A stretch of 64,000 bases of DNA from Octopus sinensis. Taxonomy: Eukaryota. Of the stretch, positions 1 through 13,793 are shown in pieces. A program made the translations under genes and the position numbers. Below the pieces are notes generated by a model that worked only from the letters and a program-made list of their open reading frames with translations, did no database searches and was not told where the DNA came from. Within the stretch, counting starts at the first letter, position 1, and the number at the start of each line of letters is the position of its first letter. The stretch spans positions 22,568,001 through 22,632,000 of the forward strand of contig NC_043015.1 of assembly GCF_006345805.1 (NCBI RefSeq), given 5' to 3'.

Positions 1-3000
1 GAACTTTTCCGTCACCCATTCCCTTCCGGTCATTTCAAAATGCTTTGGAGGTGTGATCATGGTGGGAATGTAAAGATTCTGTGTATAGCGATGATGATGA
101 GGAGGAGGATTACGACGACGCCGATGATGACGATGTTATTTGCTTTTTTTTTAGTCTTAGGTCCAATTCTGTCATAAATCTTTAGCCGTAACTGTCCAAT
201 CTCTTTATTTGAAACACTGTTTTGTTATTTGGAGACTGTAATGATTATTTAATTATTAATTCTAGGAGGCATTTTGCCCACATAACTCATAGAAGTTGTC
301 GAATTTGAGTCCCGGTGCAAGGGGACATTGTTCTCCCTGTTGTTATTTATTCATTATTTTATTCAATCTAGGTGAACCATGTGTAAATAAAATGCGGGCG
401 TGACTCAATGTCCTTCATTCAGTCCCAATTGAAACCTAGTCATACATTATCCAATATCGGTTTCCGTTTCCCAATATGGCATTGTATGCTTTGATAAATA
501 TAGCATAAATAGAATGCATGTTTTAGTACAGACTGCTTCTAACCGGTCATATCTTTAGTGGAAAATGATGCAAAAAATACTATTAATAATAAAAAGTGAA
601 TAAACATTTGTCCTGCTGGTGCTGTTATTGATGTGCAGCCTGGTTTCATCATCAAGAGAGCTGACTTATTTATGGAAGTATTCGGCTAAACGACTTGGCG
701 CAAATCACAGATCAATCATTGCTTCCGTAATACTATACCAAAGCCAAAACTAACACCTTCCGGCTCAACGCAGTATGTGTTAGGAACTCTAGTCTGCCAG
801 TCTGAATATATATTCCATGCAGTATTTAAAAGGTTCTAGGGTGTTCGACGCACGTCCATAATGTAGTTTTTCATTCATGGACAGAACAGCGCGGATTATC
901 TTCATCCTAGCACTTTATTTCACGTTGTTCCTGCCTCTTTGACTGTAATGAGCACGCAGCCGATTGCCTGTGCAGCTCTCTTTCTCTCCGCCTTTCAGAC
1001 TGTATATGTTTCAATGGAACGTGGGTGAAGGGATTAAGGGCTATCTGCTGTCTGCTTCCGTAACACCGACACCAAAATTGGCGATATGGACGAAAAGAAG
1101 CTGTTCTAGTTAACCATTGACGACTGGCTATCCACTAGAACGACCACTATATGTGTTTACGCCTGTATACTGCGATGATCTGTCATACTGTGATGGTAAA
1201 TGTTACCCTACAAATTTGAGATTTTAGAGGTGGCATTCACATATTTGTGGCTGACTGAGTATATTTCTTCATTAGTTATAACTAACGCACAATTTCTGAG
1301 TCATACTTATGGCTTTGAACCGGATTCCAGCTGCAGTCTATCACGTCGACTTGTTTTTAGTAACATATTCACAACTGCAGCATCACAGCATATTTATGCA
1401 GGATTTGAATGGCAAAGAATTAAATCTGAAAACGAAGTTATTGCAATTGTTGCAGAATAAATGAAGTAAGAGAGTATCGTTTACTCACTCGTATTACAGA
1501 TATGTCTTTATCCACTACAGCCGATGTACCTTTAATGAGCAGTCTAGTTGGAAATGTAGACGAATTATAGTAAGAATTATGGTAGAAAAATTATATAACC
1601 ATCCAATTCTTCAATGGCAGCAATGCTAATGATATAGATAACAACTATCGTGATCAGAATTTTATTGGTAATGTTTTATCAAAAATGAACAGTAGAAAAA
1701 AAAATAAATAAAAGCATTTTTATTGTTATAGATATTTGTCTTATTTTTTCTGTCCTCGTTTTCATTTCCTCAATAAGTGGCGATTATTTTTTGTATCTAT
1801 GTAATTAAATATAAAATACGACGGCCATTATTATACAATATAATATTTTGCGTTAGAACAACGCTGCATCAATGGCAATTATTGGTAATTATTTTATAAT
1901 CATTATTCCAATGAACAAGTCGGTTATAGCAGAACTTAAACTTGTAAATAAGAGGTGCAAAACTAAATAAATGACGTCTTTAATTTAGTGTTCTACTCGT
2001 CCTTCGAGACCTGTTGCCGTATTTTCAAGTGCAATTATATAATTGGGAGGATCCGGAGTCGTTTTTCGTCACTGACTATCAGTAATATTGATTTATAACT
2101 TAAGCACAATGTCACGCATTGTTGGCCAAAATACATTCCATTATATCGAGTAGCGAATAGTTTCAGATTTATATATTCTATATGATAATTAGTGAAATCA
2201 ATCAAATTTAGACGGAGACGATTTCAAATCGACACTACACTGATTCAATTCATTTTCGACGGACAAAGTAAGACAACTGGTTGTGTTACTCTATTATTCT
2301 TGTATTTTATTGCTTCGATAAATAAAGTCTAATACAAAGAAACAGTGATGTCGATATAATAAGCTACACTACGACACCTTTCAAAATGGTACCGATTTGG
2401 AGTCCAAAACTGTAACTGTTGAAAGATTAAATCCGTAAGTCTCTGAACGAGTCAACAATTTTCCCGAACGAATGTAGAAGTACGAGGTATCACGATTCTT
2501 CCTTTATTACCTGGTATACACCGAAACTAATTTGCAAAATTTCCATATTAAACAAACATATATTACGAGGTAGATTCTAACTTGAAATGCTATTTTCTTT
2601 CTAAACTTTTTGGATTTTCACATCTTGGAATTCGTTTCCGTTCAGTCATGCATATTTTGAAACATATTATCACATGACAATTGTTGGCTTAATGGTTTTT
2701 GTTTTTGCTTTTATTATATTTTGATATTTACTTTGTTTTCATGACAACAAGATAGAGTTTCATACTGACAGTACACACCATCTGTGATAATATAAATATA
2801 CAAAACATATACAAACGTTACAATGATATAACAACAACATCTCTCAGTGTGTTTTGTCTCCAAGCAATAATAATAAAACATAGCACATAAGTTGACATTT
2901 TTACAATTTCCTTTTACATCAATCCCGTTGTTATAACGTAATGATACATGTTCATGTTCTTAAAACCAACTGATATTTACATAAAATGTCTATCTGTCAA

Positions 3001-3477
3001 AATGGAATAAGTTTAAAATGTATCGCTTTTCCTACACGGCATCTTGAATACGGATTTGTAAATGCGCAGGAAATGAAAATGTGTGACGTTCATAACTTCA
3101 TTAAAAGGATAAGAGATATAAGCGTTGAAAATGAAAATGTTGAAGGATTATCGTTGCTGATTCTGTTGTTGCTGTTACGTTTGTTACTTTTGTTTCAGTT
3201 TTGCTGTTGTTGTCGTCATGTCACCCCAGTAGTCACCCTGACCGATCGGGTCAAAATTCAAGGAATATAAGAAGGGGATGAAGGAAGAGGCGCTGGTTGC
3301 TTCTCTGCACATAACGCGCTCAATAACATCAATTTGGATATACTGTAAACTGTTCTTTGTTGAATTTTTTATTGTTTTCTTTCTACAGCTACGCTGCATT
3401 TTCATTTACATACACACAGCACGCACATATATAAGTATGTATATGTGTATGTATATAGATATAACAGGAAACGAACA

Positions 3478-3850
3478 GTAGCCGTAATGCTTAGTGGTTA
3501 GGGTGTTGCACTTCCGATTGCGAGATCGTTGTTTCGAATCATAGACCGAGCATTGCTTGTGTTGTGTTCTTGAGCAAAGCGCATCACTTCACGTTGCTCT
3601 GCTATCATTTCGTCATGTGACATGTGACACATGGTGCACCTGTACTGGTAATATCGATTTTATGGAGGGAGGGGGGGGGCTTATGTGAACACAAACATCT
3701 GATCACTATAGACAATTTATCTGTGTGGTTGCTTGGTAAGAAAATGCCGAACCATCATACGTCGTCTAAGACGGTAGAGTCGATGATATGTGTGTGCGTA
3801 TATATATGGGGAGCATCCAATGCTGAGTTCCAAATGGCTACTATAGTGAG
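3478..3850 (+). mobile_element. tRNA-derived SINE, family D (degenerate)
   Basis: tRNA-like head (TAATGCTTAGTGGTTAGGG ... GTTTCGAATC) followed by a TGTTCTTGAGCAAAGCGCATCACTT central block. A related copy lies at ~47965-48130. Confidence 0.6.
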
Positions 3851-3960
3851 GTGAACGTAGGAAATATATATTTAAAGACTATAAAGTATCCCCGATACTG
3901 AAAGTTGACTGGATAATGATAATGTACTTGGAATTCATACATTAGCAGTAGCTGTACATC

Positions 3961-4100
3961 TAGCACTTCCTCGCGTTCCTTTCTGTTGAAGAGCTCAAAA
4001 TGTAAAAGACTTTCTCACCTTCCCGAGCATCAACCTAATACACTTACTTGTTTTTTATAAACCTGTCTTCGTCTTTTATTTTTCTGTAAATTTCAACTAA
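3961..4100 (+). mobile_element. PLE-derived terminal repeat fragment with decayed HHR-like motif
   Basis: CTTT-CTGTTGA-AGAGCTC-AAAATGT-A-AAAG at 3979-4008, then a pyrimidine-rich tail. A related copy lies at ~25400-25520. Confidence 0.4.
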
Positions 4101-4114
4101 ACACGCACTCTGCA

Positions 4115-4665
4115 AATGTGGTTTTGGTCGTTTTGACTGTTTCTTCTAGCGTGTAAAAATTACTTATTAAAGATAGTTTTATTTTGTGTTTAAATATACA
4201 GTCTTTTATATTGAATATTTGTTATCTATTGACATTTTATACATGCTAGGCAACTGGTGGTGAAATTTCTGAACATATTCACCACCCTATATAATGTTAC
4301 GAATGTGATTTCAGCTTTTTCGAAGTTCGGTTCGGCATTTCTCATTTTACTGCCGACTGAACCTACGCTTGCGCGGTGAAGTTTGAAAAAATATAACGTA
4401 TAATGATGAGAAACGTGTTATTTCTCTCTAAATTATGAGTTAATTGTTAAGGCACGGTTACTGATGAAGATTCGCCTAGCAAGTTATTTTATTTGCTAAA
4501 ATAATCTGAAACCTATGTATGACAGTAAAACAATTAACAAGGTAAAAGTGTTTATTTTTCATTCCCTTCGAAAATTGCCCTTAAATATGGTTTTGGTCGT
4601 TTTGACTGTTTCTTCTAGCGCGTAAGAATTACCGATTAAAGGCAGTTTTCTCTTGTGCTGAAATG
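4115..4665 (+). mobile_element. Non-coding HHR-bearing element, 469-nt unit with ~80-nt terminal direct redundancy (retrozyme-like / tandem pLTR)
   Basis: GTTTTGGTCGTTTTGACTGTTTCTTCTAGCG starts at both 4121 and 4590 (period 469). One HHR lies inside the unit, and an (AT)n tract follows immediately. Confidence 0.65.
4457..4523 (+). ncRNA. Type I hammerhead ribozyme
   Basis: Stem I GTTA/TGAC; core CTGATGA (4461-4467); stem II AGATT..AATCT with inner TAGCAA/TTGCTA; GAAA (4508-4511); short stem III C-CTAT-G; GTA cleavage triplet ending at 4519. Confidence 0.75.
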
Positions 4666-4669
4666 TACA

Positions 4670-4692
4670 CTAAGATATATATATATATAATA

Positions 4693-4761
<69 letters not shown>

Positions 4762-4779
4762 ATATATATATATATATAG

Positions 4780-4825
<46 letters not shown>

Positions 4826-4860
4826 GTATATGTATATGTATATATACATATATATTTATG
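4670..4860. repeat. (AT)n microsatellite (representative of dozens of (AT)n/(AC)n/(CT)n tracts in the window)
   Basis: Direct reading. Such tracts generate most of the YI/CV/SL-rich ORFs in the ORF track. Confidence 0.95.
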
Positions 4861-5572
4861 TATAAATATATATGTATATATACATATTCAAATTTATGTA
4901 TGTATATATGTATATCTATCTATCTACGCACACATATATATATTTGTGTGTATGTATATGTGTGAGTGTTTGCCTATGTGTAAGGAAGCATATATGAATT
5001 TGATTTCCATGTTTACGTTATCATACATTTTGTGGGAGTGATAAATCCTAATGTAGTAAATTCATTGCAGATGATGTAATTATGCGCTTCTCGAGGCGTT
5101 ACAAAAATATATCATGTTCTCACACTCACATCCTTGTTATCCAACGTAAAAAGAATCCTCAATATGATATACTCGATTTCTCGGCATTTCCAGGCTTAGA
5201 ATCCATAACAACTCGCTTTTGGCAATAGGAAAAGCAAAACATAAATAAAAAAAATATCAAGCCTACCATAAATTAATATTGTTATGCTTTAATAGCAAGA
5301 ATAAATATCAGTTGCATATTCAATAATATATGCTGGTTTGTGATTATAAAGAATTCTCCCAATGATTTCGGTTTCACTGCTATTATCCATATCTGAATCC
5401 AAGTGGCAGCATTTAATCACAAATATTACCAGTGCTACCAACATCAATGGTAAATCTATAAAACATGTATATTAGGGTTAAGACGAATTTTTTATGCAAT
5501 AAATTGCACAGCTACATCTGTACATGTATCTATGCAATGAGATTTGTGCATGTATATATGTACATATATACA

Positions 5573-5612
<40 letters not shown>

Positions 5613-5875
5613 TATATATGAGGATACATACGCACACATACACACACATATATATATATGTGTGTGTGTGTGCGTGTGTGTGTGCGTGTGTGTGTGTTTG
5701 TGTGTGTGTATGAATATTGGGTGTGTGGCGCGTTTCATTGCGTGAGTGAAAGTAGTTGATAATTCAACCCATTTCTCGACTCCGTAGATATCATTTCTTC
5801 GCCAATAAAGAGAATGCATACATCTGAACACAAATAATATATATATATATATATTTATACATACGCATATACATG

Positions 5876-5974
<99 letters not shown>

Positions 5975-5976
5975 AT

Positions 5977-6011
<35 letters not shown>

Positions 6012-6029
6012 GCGCACGTCTGTATATAT

Positions 6030-6150
6030 TTCTTTAAGTCGATTACATCGATCCCGGTGCGTAACTGGTACTTTATCGACCCCGAAAGGATGAAAGAAAA
6101 AGTCGACCTCGGTGGAAATTGAACTCAGAATGTAAGAGCAGACGAAATAC
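6030..6150 (-). mobile_element. tRNA-SINE family B, partial
   Basis: Reverse complement matches the internal part of the copies at 25019 and 38668 (GTCGACTTT..TCATCCTTTCGGGGTCGATAAA..GTACCAGTTACGCAC). Confidence 0.75.
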
Positions 6151-6989
6151 AGTGTGTCAGCGATTGAAGGTGGTTCATACATAAACATTACGAATTGCGA
6201 CGACATGATTTTTACGTGTATATCTCCGTATTAATACTTGACAGTAACTTCGAGTTTCACATTTCTCATCATTGATGAGAAATGATTGTTGAAACGAAGC
6301 AGCGCTAATACATACAGAACGGAAACTATTTCTTCTATGTATCAAGAAGACATTTACGTCGTTGCAATTGGTAATTTTATTCTGTTTATGCAAACCTTGC
6401 CTATTGGCAAATACTTAAAGCAACCGTAGCTCAGTTTAATGTCATTTGTATTATACCGATTATAATATTTATTGTCTCCCCGGAAATTCTTATTAATATT
6501 GCTTTGAGAAATTCTGCAGGAGATCCAAATTTAAAACGTTATGGCATTTTATACCATGCAATACGTCATTTCTGATACTAACGCTTTAGAAAATTAACAT
6601 AGCTATGTTTCTAGTGCATCGAATATTTCATGCTGCTGTCCATTATAAGATTATTTAAATATTAATAGAGCAGTAAAAGGTGGTTTCGTCAGCGGATAAG
6701 CTTTGTATAAAGTGTTATATCATCAAGTAAATTTAAGTGTCGTGGGTGGTTGCAATTTATGTTAAACATAACAAAACATTTAGAAAAACAATTAAAATCA
6801 CTTTTTTAGAAGTTCAGGAAAATATTCACAAGTATCTTAATACAGAGATGTACCTGAGATATTAACTATAGGATTTAATATGATCTTTAAATTGAACTAT
6901 TTGAGATATTGATGAAATTCTTATTTTTCCAAGACCGTCCAAAGACATTGTCACAAGCGGCTATCAGTTACAGAAAAACATTAATGTTC

Positions 6990-7510
6990 GTACTCAAAAG
7001 TTTTATAGGCAGTCAGAGTGACATATCAAATTGGTTTGCTCAAGTACAGGCGAATCTCGTGCCCAAGAATGAAACCATCAATTTGAGAGAAATCTGTAGA
7101 TCTATTACTTACTTGAACATTATGCCCAAATTGAACACTAGGTACTTTAAAGAATTTCTCCAAGATCATTGTAAGTCCAAAGATACAGTGACTAACGAAC
7201 AGGCAGGCAGAAAGAAGAAAGTGTAGAGATGAGCCAAAGAATTGTAATAAAGGTGAACTGTCTGAAATAAGAAGAGCCATAGAAGTCTTGCAACAATATG
7301 ACTTGATTATAGGAAAGCATTGAAATATATTCCTCACTCACGGCTACTGAAGCGTCTATATTTGGTAGGAGTATTTTCTACGTTAGTTGCTCCAATTGAG
7401 AATCTCACAAAAAATTGGGTATTTACTCTCACAGTTAAACCTCAGAGCGTAACGATCGTCAGCGTTGTTATAAATATTTCAAAAGGGAATATTCTCCGTA
7501 GATGATCCAT
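6990..7510 (+). pseudogene. Degraded R4/Dong-type non-LTR reverse transcriptase fragment
   Basis: Broken frames give LVPKNETINLREICRSITYLNIMPKL ... EQAGRKK ... LDYRKAxxxIPHSRLLKRLYLVGV ... ISKG, matching the order of RT domains 1-4 seen in the R4-type element at 42.5-43.1 kb. Confidence 0.6.
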
Positions 7511-8269
7511 ACATACATGATGTAATAGTGTTTACTTCCAGATTCGAAGATAATATAAAAAGAAACAAACGTGTTTAGTCTTGGGAATCTATCTTTAAGA
7601 AAATATCTTTTGTACGTACAAGTTCAATGGATTGTTTAGGAGTCTACGGCAACATAATTGGTAACAAGCATCTACTGGACTGAGACCCAAAGCGATCTAG
7701 GGATTAGCATAAATGCTAGCATATCTTTTTTAAAGTTCTCAAGATGGATTCCGCCAATCTTCCCCTTGACGTAAGGTGCATAGATATATGCTTCGTTACA
7801 TATACTATTTTGAAATTACACAACGTTTAAAACTATCGCATGGCATTTACACGACCTTCTGTAAGCCTAGCAGGCAGAACTAGGGGGCAGATAACCAAAT
7901 GAGACGTATTTTCGTACAACCTATCTGTATAAGATTTACTCATCTCCATCTGAATATACATATATACATTACTGTGCAAAAGTCAGCGCCCAGTTTAAAC
8001 TATTGTAAATTTCTACTAATTGCCAACTTATAGGCGGATGTTTCGCATTGCCTTTTTTTACAGAAGAAAGATTCGCCATGTTGGAGACATTTCCTTACCC
8101 TAATCATTACATTTTGTAGTAGCAGATTCTGAGTGAGAGGGAAAGCTAACCGTGCAAAAGGTTTCGGCCACCTCACATAAACCAATCAACATAGAATGTT
8201 TTAAAAGGGAAAAAGTTCTATAATGAAAATTTATTACATAATGTTCATTTCAAAAAGTTACTGACAATG

Positions 8270-8727
8270 TTAATATTTCGTATGGCTTCCCTTAACTTGA
8301 ATAATTGATTGAATGCGCCCGGGAAAATATGCGTACAAATCCTTCACCATCTTCACAGGTATGAGATGCCACTCTTTGTGGCTAGGCTCCAACAAGTCTT
8401 CTAGAGTGAGTTGAATGTTCTGACGAACTGTTCTCTTTAGTTCTCTCCTATTTGCTCAACGATATTTAAGTAAGGGCTCTGAGCTGGCCAATCTTTTAAT
8501 ACGGTAACACCTTCATCAGCCAGACTCTGTTGTATTGTACACGATCTGTGACATGGATCTCTATTATGCTGAAAAATCTCACCTTCATCCAAATCTGGTA
8601 TCAAATTGTCCTTCAGCAACTGGATGTGTCTGGCACAATTCAAGTTAACATTAATTTCAACCAACTTTCTTGAACAATCATTTTTTATGCATCCCCAAAA
8701 AATCAGACTCCTGCCCCCAGAATTCAC
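8270..8727 (-). pseudogene. Tc1 transposase C-terminal (DD34E) remnant
   Basis: GGRSLIFWGC, IFQHNRDPCH, WPAQSPYLNIVE, then after a break FPGRIQSIIQVKGSHTKY-stop, the typical Tc1 C-terminus. Confidence 0.85.
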
Positions 8728-8819
8728 TGTTTTCGTCGTGTAACGTGAGTCATTTCGCTTTTTTGGAGTCCTTCTCGCGCTTGTGAATTAGTCAGAAGGC
8801 CCCCAGGAAATTGATGGTA

Positions 8820-9030
8820 ACTGTATTCATCCAGTTGCTGAAGGACAATTTGATAGCAGACGTGAATGAAGGTGAGATTTTTCAAATCGCGGTGCTCCAT
8901 GCCACAGATTGCGTGCAAGACAATGCAATCTGGCTGATGAAGGGGTTACCGTATCGAAAGATATGCCAGCTCAGAGCCCTAACTTAAATAACATCGAGCA
9001 TATGTGGACAGAATTAGTAAAGATTTACAA
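8820..9030 (+). pseudogene. Second, inverted Tc1 transposase fragment
   Basis: ADEGVTVSKDMPAQSPNLNNIEHMW; about 6 mismatches over a 62-nt block versus the minus-strand copy. Confidence 0.8.
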
Positions 9031-9224
9031 TAGTTTAAATTGGCGGAAGGCTTTTGCGCCGTACTGTACGTATACATACATGTATAGATACATAGATAAA
9101 TACAAGCATAAATACGTACATAATACATACATACACACACATACATAGTACATTAACACACACACGTACACACACACACGTACACACACACACGTACACA
9201 CACACACACACATATATATATATA

Positions 9225-9486
9225 CTGGAATCTTACATATATACCATTCTGCCTAAAAATGGATCGACAACTTCAATATCCCTACATATCTTACATCTAT
9301 TTTCTTTTCTCCACCTCACTCTTTATTTTGTATCCTATGTAAACTAACTGTTACTTTACCATCCTTTCACACCGTCTCCGATGAAGGGATATAAATAATA
9401 AATATCCTGGAATCAGCTGTAAGACCTATCTATAAATGTTCTAATATCTACAGTCTTGTTTTTTTTATCTCATTACACAAAAAATG

Positions 9487-9490
<4 letters not shown>
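9225..9490 (+). mobile_element. PLE 3'-terminal fragment with variant/decayed HHR (9374-9425)
   Basis: GTCT-CCGATGA-AGGGATAT(AAATAATAA)ATATCCT-GGAAT-CAGCTG-TA-AGAC; (AT)n on both sides. Confidence 0.55.
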
Positions 9491-9546
<56 letters not shown>

Positions 9547-9627
9547 ATATCGTTTAAATATATATATATATATATATAAACACGTTTATATATATATATA
9601 TCGTTTAGATATATATATATATAATAT

Positions 9628-9658
<31 letters not shown>

Positions 9659-10299
9659 TGAGAATGTGTACTCGATACCATAGAGAAGATTAATAAAATC
9701 ATTATTTTAAACGAGTCAGTAACTCTCTACCTTGAATAGGAAGAAGAATTTCCTCCATTAATTAATCTCTCGAAGGATGGGCATCCATGCAACAAAATGA
9801 AAACTTTACAACAGACATCGGAAAAGTTGTTATATTTAGTGAAGTCGGAGTTAAGCCGATTGATCGCAAAATATATTAGAGGGATATGGCGTAGAGGATC
9901 CAACTTTCCAACATAAGCATTGGAAAACAGATTGATATAAGCTCTATGTATGATCGAATACAAGGAAATTTTTTTCCTTTGATTGTTTCTGCTGCCAAGA
10001 GTACCTGTATCTTAGCAGGTATATAAATGTAACATTTTCTGCGAACAGTAATATAAGATTACGAGACGAATGAAAAATTATTCTATTCCTGTTTGACAAG
10101 AGCGATCAGAAAGGAACTAAACGTCGTCGATCTGCATAAATATATCGCGGTGAAGAAAATATGAGAACGCGAGGAAGCTTAAAAGTAAAGAGAGCAAAAT
10201 GGAGCCGGAACTCGCCAAGTGAAAGAATTACAATAGATTTTATTTTAAAAGTATAACTGGATGTTTTGTAACCAAATATCAATCCTTAATGAATCAGGT

Positions 10300-10730
10300 G
10301 CACGAGGAAATGTCTTTCAGATGCGAATATCATGTATCCCACACATTAATTTCTATGGATGATATTACCGTTAAGAAGGTAGAATGAAATATACACGCGA
10401 TCGACTCAGTATTTGTTGAAACTACTAGTAGGATAGCGTAAAATTTGACAACCGTTAGAAGATGACGTTGAGTTTGAGATACTAAGATGAAATAAACGTC
10501 AGTTTTAAAGTTTATTTGAATGCCAATACATATTGGAATGGTATACGACTTTACGGAGACAAACTAATATAATAACGTATGGTTGAGCGAGTCAAATTGG
10601 TTATATCACTGATTGGATTCTATATGGCAAAGCGTGATTATTAATTACAAATATGACATGGAACGTAGGGTAGAGTCACTCTGTATAAATCCGTTATCAG
10701 ATAGACATTAAATTATATGTCCTGCGAAGT
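10300..10730 (+). pseudogene. Possible ancient Helitron Rep relic
   Basis: Colinear, frameshifted peptides VFQMR..IPHI, NGIRLY, WILY, KYD...VE and KSVI...YM resemble Helitron Rep motifs (EFQxRGxPH, GYPLY, WVVPY, KYxxHINVE, KSxKYxxKY). Weak and interrupted. Confidence 0.3.
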
Positions 10731-11635
10731 GTTGTCCTCGGAGAAAACAATATCAATTTATGGTCTCAGCGTGGAATGAAATTTATGGCTTTTGAATATA
10801 ATGAAATTATCTATCCTTTCAGATATTATTAATCTTTTCTATCTGTCTGGAAAATGGTAAAAACACACACATGTACATGCACGCACGCACACACACGCAC
10901 ACACATATGTGTAATGTATATATATATATATATATATACATGCATATATATACACACACACACACACAAACACACACATATATATATATATACACACACA
11001 ATATATATATATGTGTGTGTGTGTGTACATAAAGTAAGTGTGTGTGTGAGAGAGACAGAGAGAGAAGTAAAAAGATAGAAGAATAGATACAGACAAATAT
11101 TTATAGTCTTAGGCAGTGTTCTATCATGTCTTTAAATGAATCCCTTTCCTTCCGGTGACAGGCTTGCTTTCGTCCTATTTTTTCACCAGGAAGGTCGCAT
11201 TCTGTGTCTAATTTCATGCAAAATAAACAATTTAAAATTAAATGTTCTACGTTATAGATATTTAAAGGATCTTTGTTAATATCTGCATAGGCTTTTGTAG
11301 ATATACATTTACCAGGTTGAAGACGGGAAAATATAAATATATGGTATATCCACAAGATTTATAACAAACAATAGTGACTGATTCTAATGTATAGAAGATA
11401 AACACCCTGTGATGTTTGTCCCTATCTGAAAAATTCTGATTTTTCAGATAGGGATATTATTAACATTGGAAGTTCTAAGCATGAGGTGTTAATCAGGCCG
11501 GGCCCGACCACTGTAATATATTTATATTTCCATAAAAAGATAAACACATTCAACAGCGATTGTAGAAGCATACATATATTCACAGACTTAGCTGAACATA
11601 TAGGTTTATATGCGTGTATACATTGATATATATAA

Positions 11636-11698
<63 letters not shown>

Positions 11699-12106
11699 CG
11701 TGCGTCTGTGTGTGTGTGTGTGTGTGCGTGTGTCTGTGTGGGTGTGCAATATATGATAAAATTTTTTTATTAATAATTTCATCAATGGCCAGCATATAAA
11801 GTGAAACCGATTAAGGTGAAATTCATATGTATAATTGTAAATAGCGGTTACAAAACATTTTCTAGCCATATGCTAAGAAAAATACGCTAAATTGTCTCAC
11901 CACTCAAAGAAGTCACAACCACGTTTTGATTTCGACGCAACAAGCCAATGGAAAGCCAATGGAAGTATCTATCTTATTGGAAATTTCTGTTCGCTTGCTG
12001 CGTCGACTACAAAACGCGTTTGCGACTTCTTTCAGTGGTGAGACGATTTAGCGTCCTTTACTCAGCACTTGGCTAGAAAATTTATTTCTAAGCCCTTATT
12101 ATATAT

Positions 12107-12320
12107 ATATGTGACCGCGTGTGTACCGTTGGCGATATTTTTTCCTCTGTCTTCCCTTCTCTGGATCTTTCCTTCTCCTATGTTTCCGACGAAAAGCTCC
12201 GCTCGAAACGTTAACCCTCCTTCTTCCCTTGCATTTCTGAGCGTCCAAAAAAACTATATCTGTTCCACGTCCTCGTGTTGTTGTGTTTTCTCTTTGTGTT
12301 TTCATGTTTGGATTAACTAT
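12107..12320 (+). mobile_element. ~210-bp PLE-derived repeat with minimal HHR-like motif (12182-12216)
   Basis: GTTT-CCGACGA-AAAGCTCCGCTC-GAAACGT-T-AACC; second copy at 14190-14405; flanked by (AT)n. Confidence 0.6.
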
Positions 12321-12330
12321 ATATATATAT

Positions 12331-12417
<87 letters not shown>

Positions 12418-12474
12418 ATACACAAACATATGTATATATATATATATACATATATATAGATATTTATGGATACG

Positions 12475-12507
<33 letters not shown>

Positions 12508-12809
12508 GATCTTAGCGCGCACTGTATTCGCTTTTACGGTGAGTGTAGATATACTCTAGTTCGTTTGATTTACTCTCCTCGGTAGATTTTTATATCACTA
12601 AATCCATATATCTCTATAGAGTCTGCGTGTTGTCGGTAGAGAAGAAATGATAAATTAATAATTAAAGCGAATAGAGATTTATATATCCAAGTTTTATTAG
12701 AAATCATGCAGACAATAGTAAGTAAAGAATCTAATGAAATATGAATTCCTACATATACTAAGCTTAATTATAAAAAGTAAAAAGAACAATAAGAGAGTGA
12801 AATCCACGA

Positions 12810-12823
12810 TGGTAGTAGTAGTT

Positions 12824-12878
<55 letters not shown>

Positions 12879-12964
12879 CAGCACTAGTAGCAGCAGTATT
12901 ATCATTATTATTATTATTACTATTGTTATTATTATTATTGTTATTATTATTATTATTTGTAGTG

Positions 12965-12995
<31 letters not shown>

Positions 12996-13030
12996 CAGTA
13001 GCAGTAGTAGTTGTAGTGATGGTGATGATG
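12810..13030. repeat. Compound trinucleotide array (AGT)n-(ATT)n-(AGT)n
   Basis: Direct reading; source of the poly-V/L/T/N ORFs. Confidence 0.95.
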
Positions 13031-13793
13031 ATAATATTAACTATATCATCAATGAACTTCAATTAACCCGATACAAAATACGAATACTACCACTCTCTGT
13101 TGGAATGGTAAAACACACTAGCGGACTTTTGGCACATATTGGCGCAGCGAGTCGCTGTTTTTCTTAGCAGCAGAGTTCAAAAGGTTAGGATTTTGAGAAT
13201 AGTAATATCATATGTATGAAAACTTTATATCATATGTATGGAATCTGATAAACAGTTAATAGTATCCTGTAAAATTTTCGCTGCATTTACATTTGATTCA
13301 AAATGCAATCTGAAATGCAGTTAATAGTACACACAGAAGAATTGGCATCAGTAATTAACACCAAAATGCTCGCGAAGATGCAAAATTTGTAGCGTGCACC
13401 GACTTGCAGAAACATATGCAGGTGCTGACTTCAAAAGAAGTGATTAACTGAATAATATAACCTGGATAGATGAATCTGTTTTCTTGATTATTTATTTATG
13501 TGTATGTGTGTGAATAAATTTACGTATACAGGTGTGTGTGTGTGTGTGTGTGTGCGTCTGTATGTATGAATGTATATGTATATACATATGTGTGCGATGA
13601 GTGACACATCCACATCTCCAGAGACAATGTTGGCTTGTTGGAAGGAGTCAGCTTATGTACAGAACAAATATTTGATCAATATTAACAAATGATCTGTGCA
13701 GGCTCTTGAGCATATCATGTGATTGCTAGGTCGGCTTTCGCGGTATCGAGAAACCACACACGTGTGTGTGTGTATCTATATATGTATATATGT

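Larger units (their letters stand above)
7967..9066. mobile_element. Tc1-family DNA transposon composite: two head-to-head 3' halves
   Basis: Left end TA|CATTACTGTGCAAAAGT (7967) with an inner DR-like ACCGTGCAAAAGGTTTCGGCC (~8149). Right end GGCGGAAGGCTTTTGCGCCGTACTG|TA (9066). Transposase remnants on both strands point outward. Confidence 0.7.

Noticed and set aside
420-960. Possible RTE-type APE endonuclease relic on minus (IYS..EGVSF; IKAY)
   Set aside because: Motifs are too short and broken to support a call by eye.
1276-1465. AG...GTAAG-bounded candidate exon on plus
   Set aside because: All frames contain stops before the donor.
8930-8970. CTGATGA...GAAA with CTGG/CCAG flanks resembling an HHR
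   Set aside because: No proper stem II, no NUH triplet (TG), and the sequence is Tc1 coding (ADEGVTVSK).
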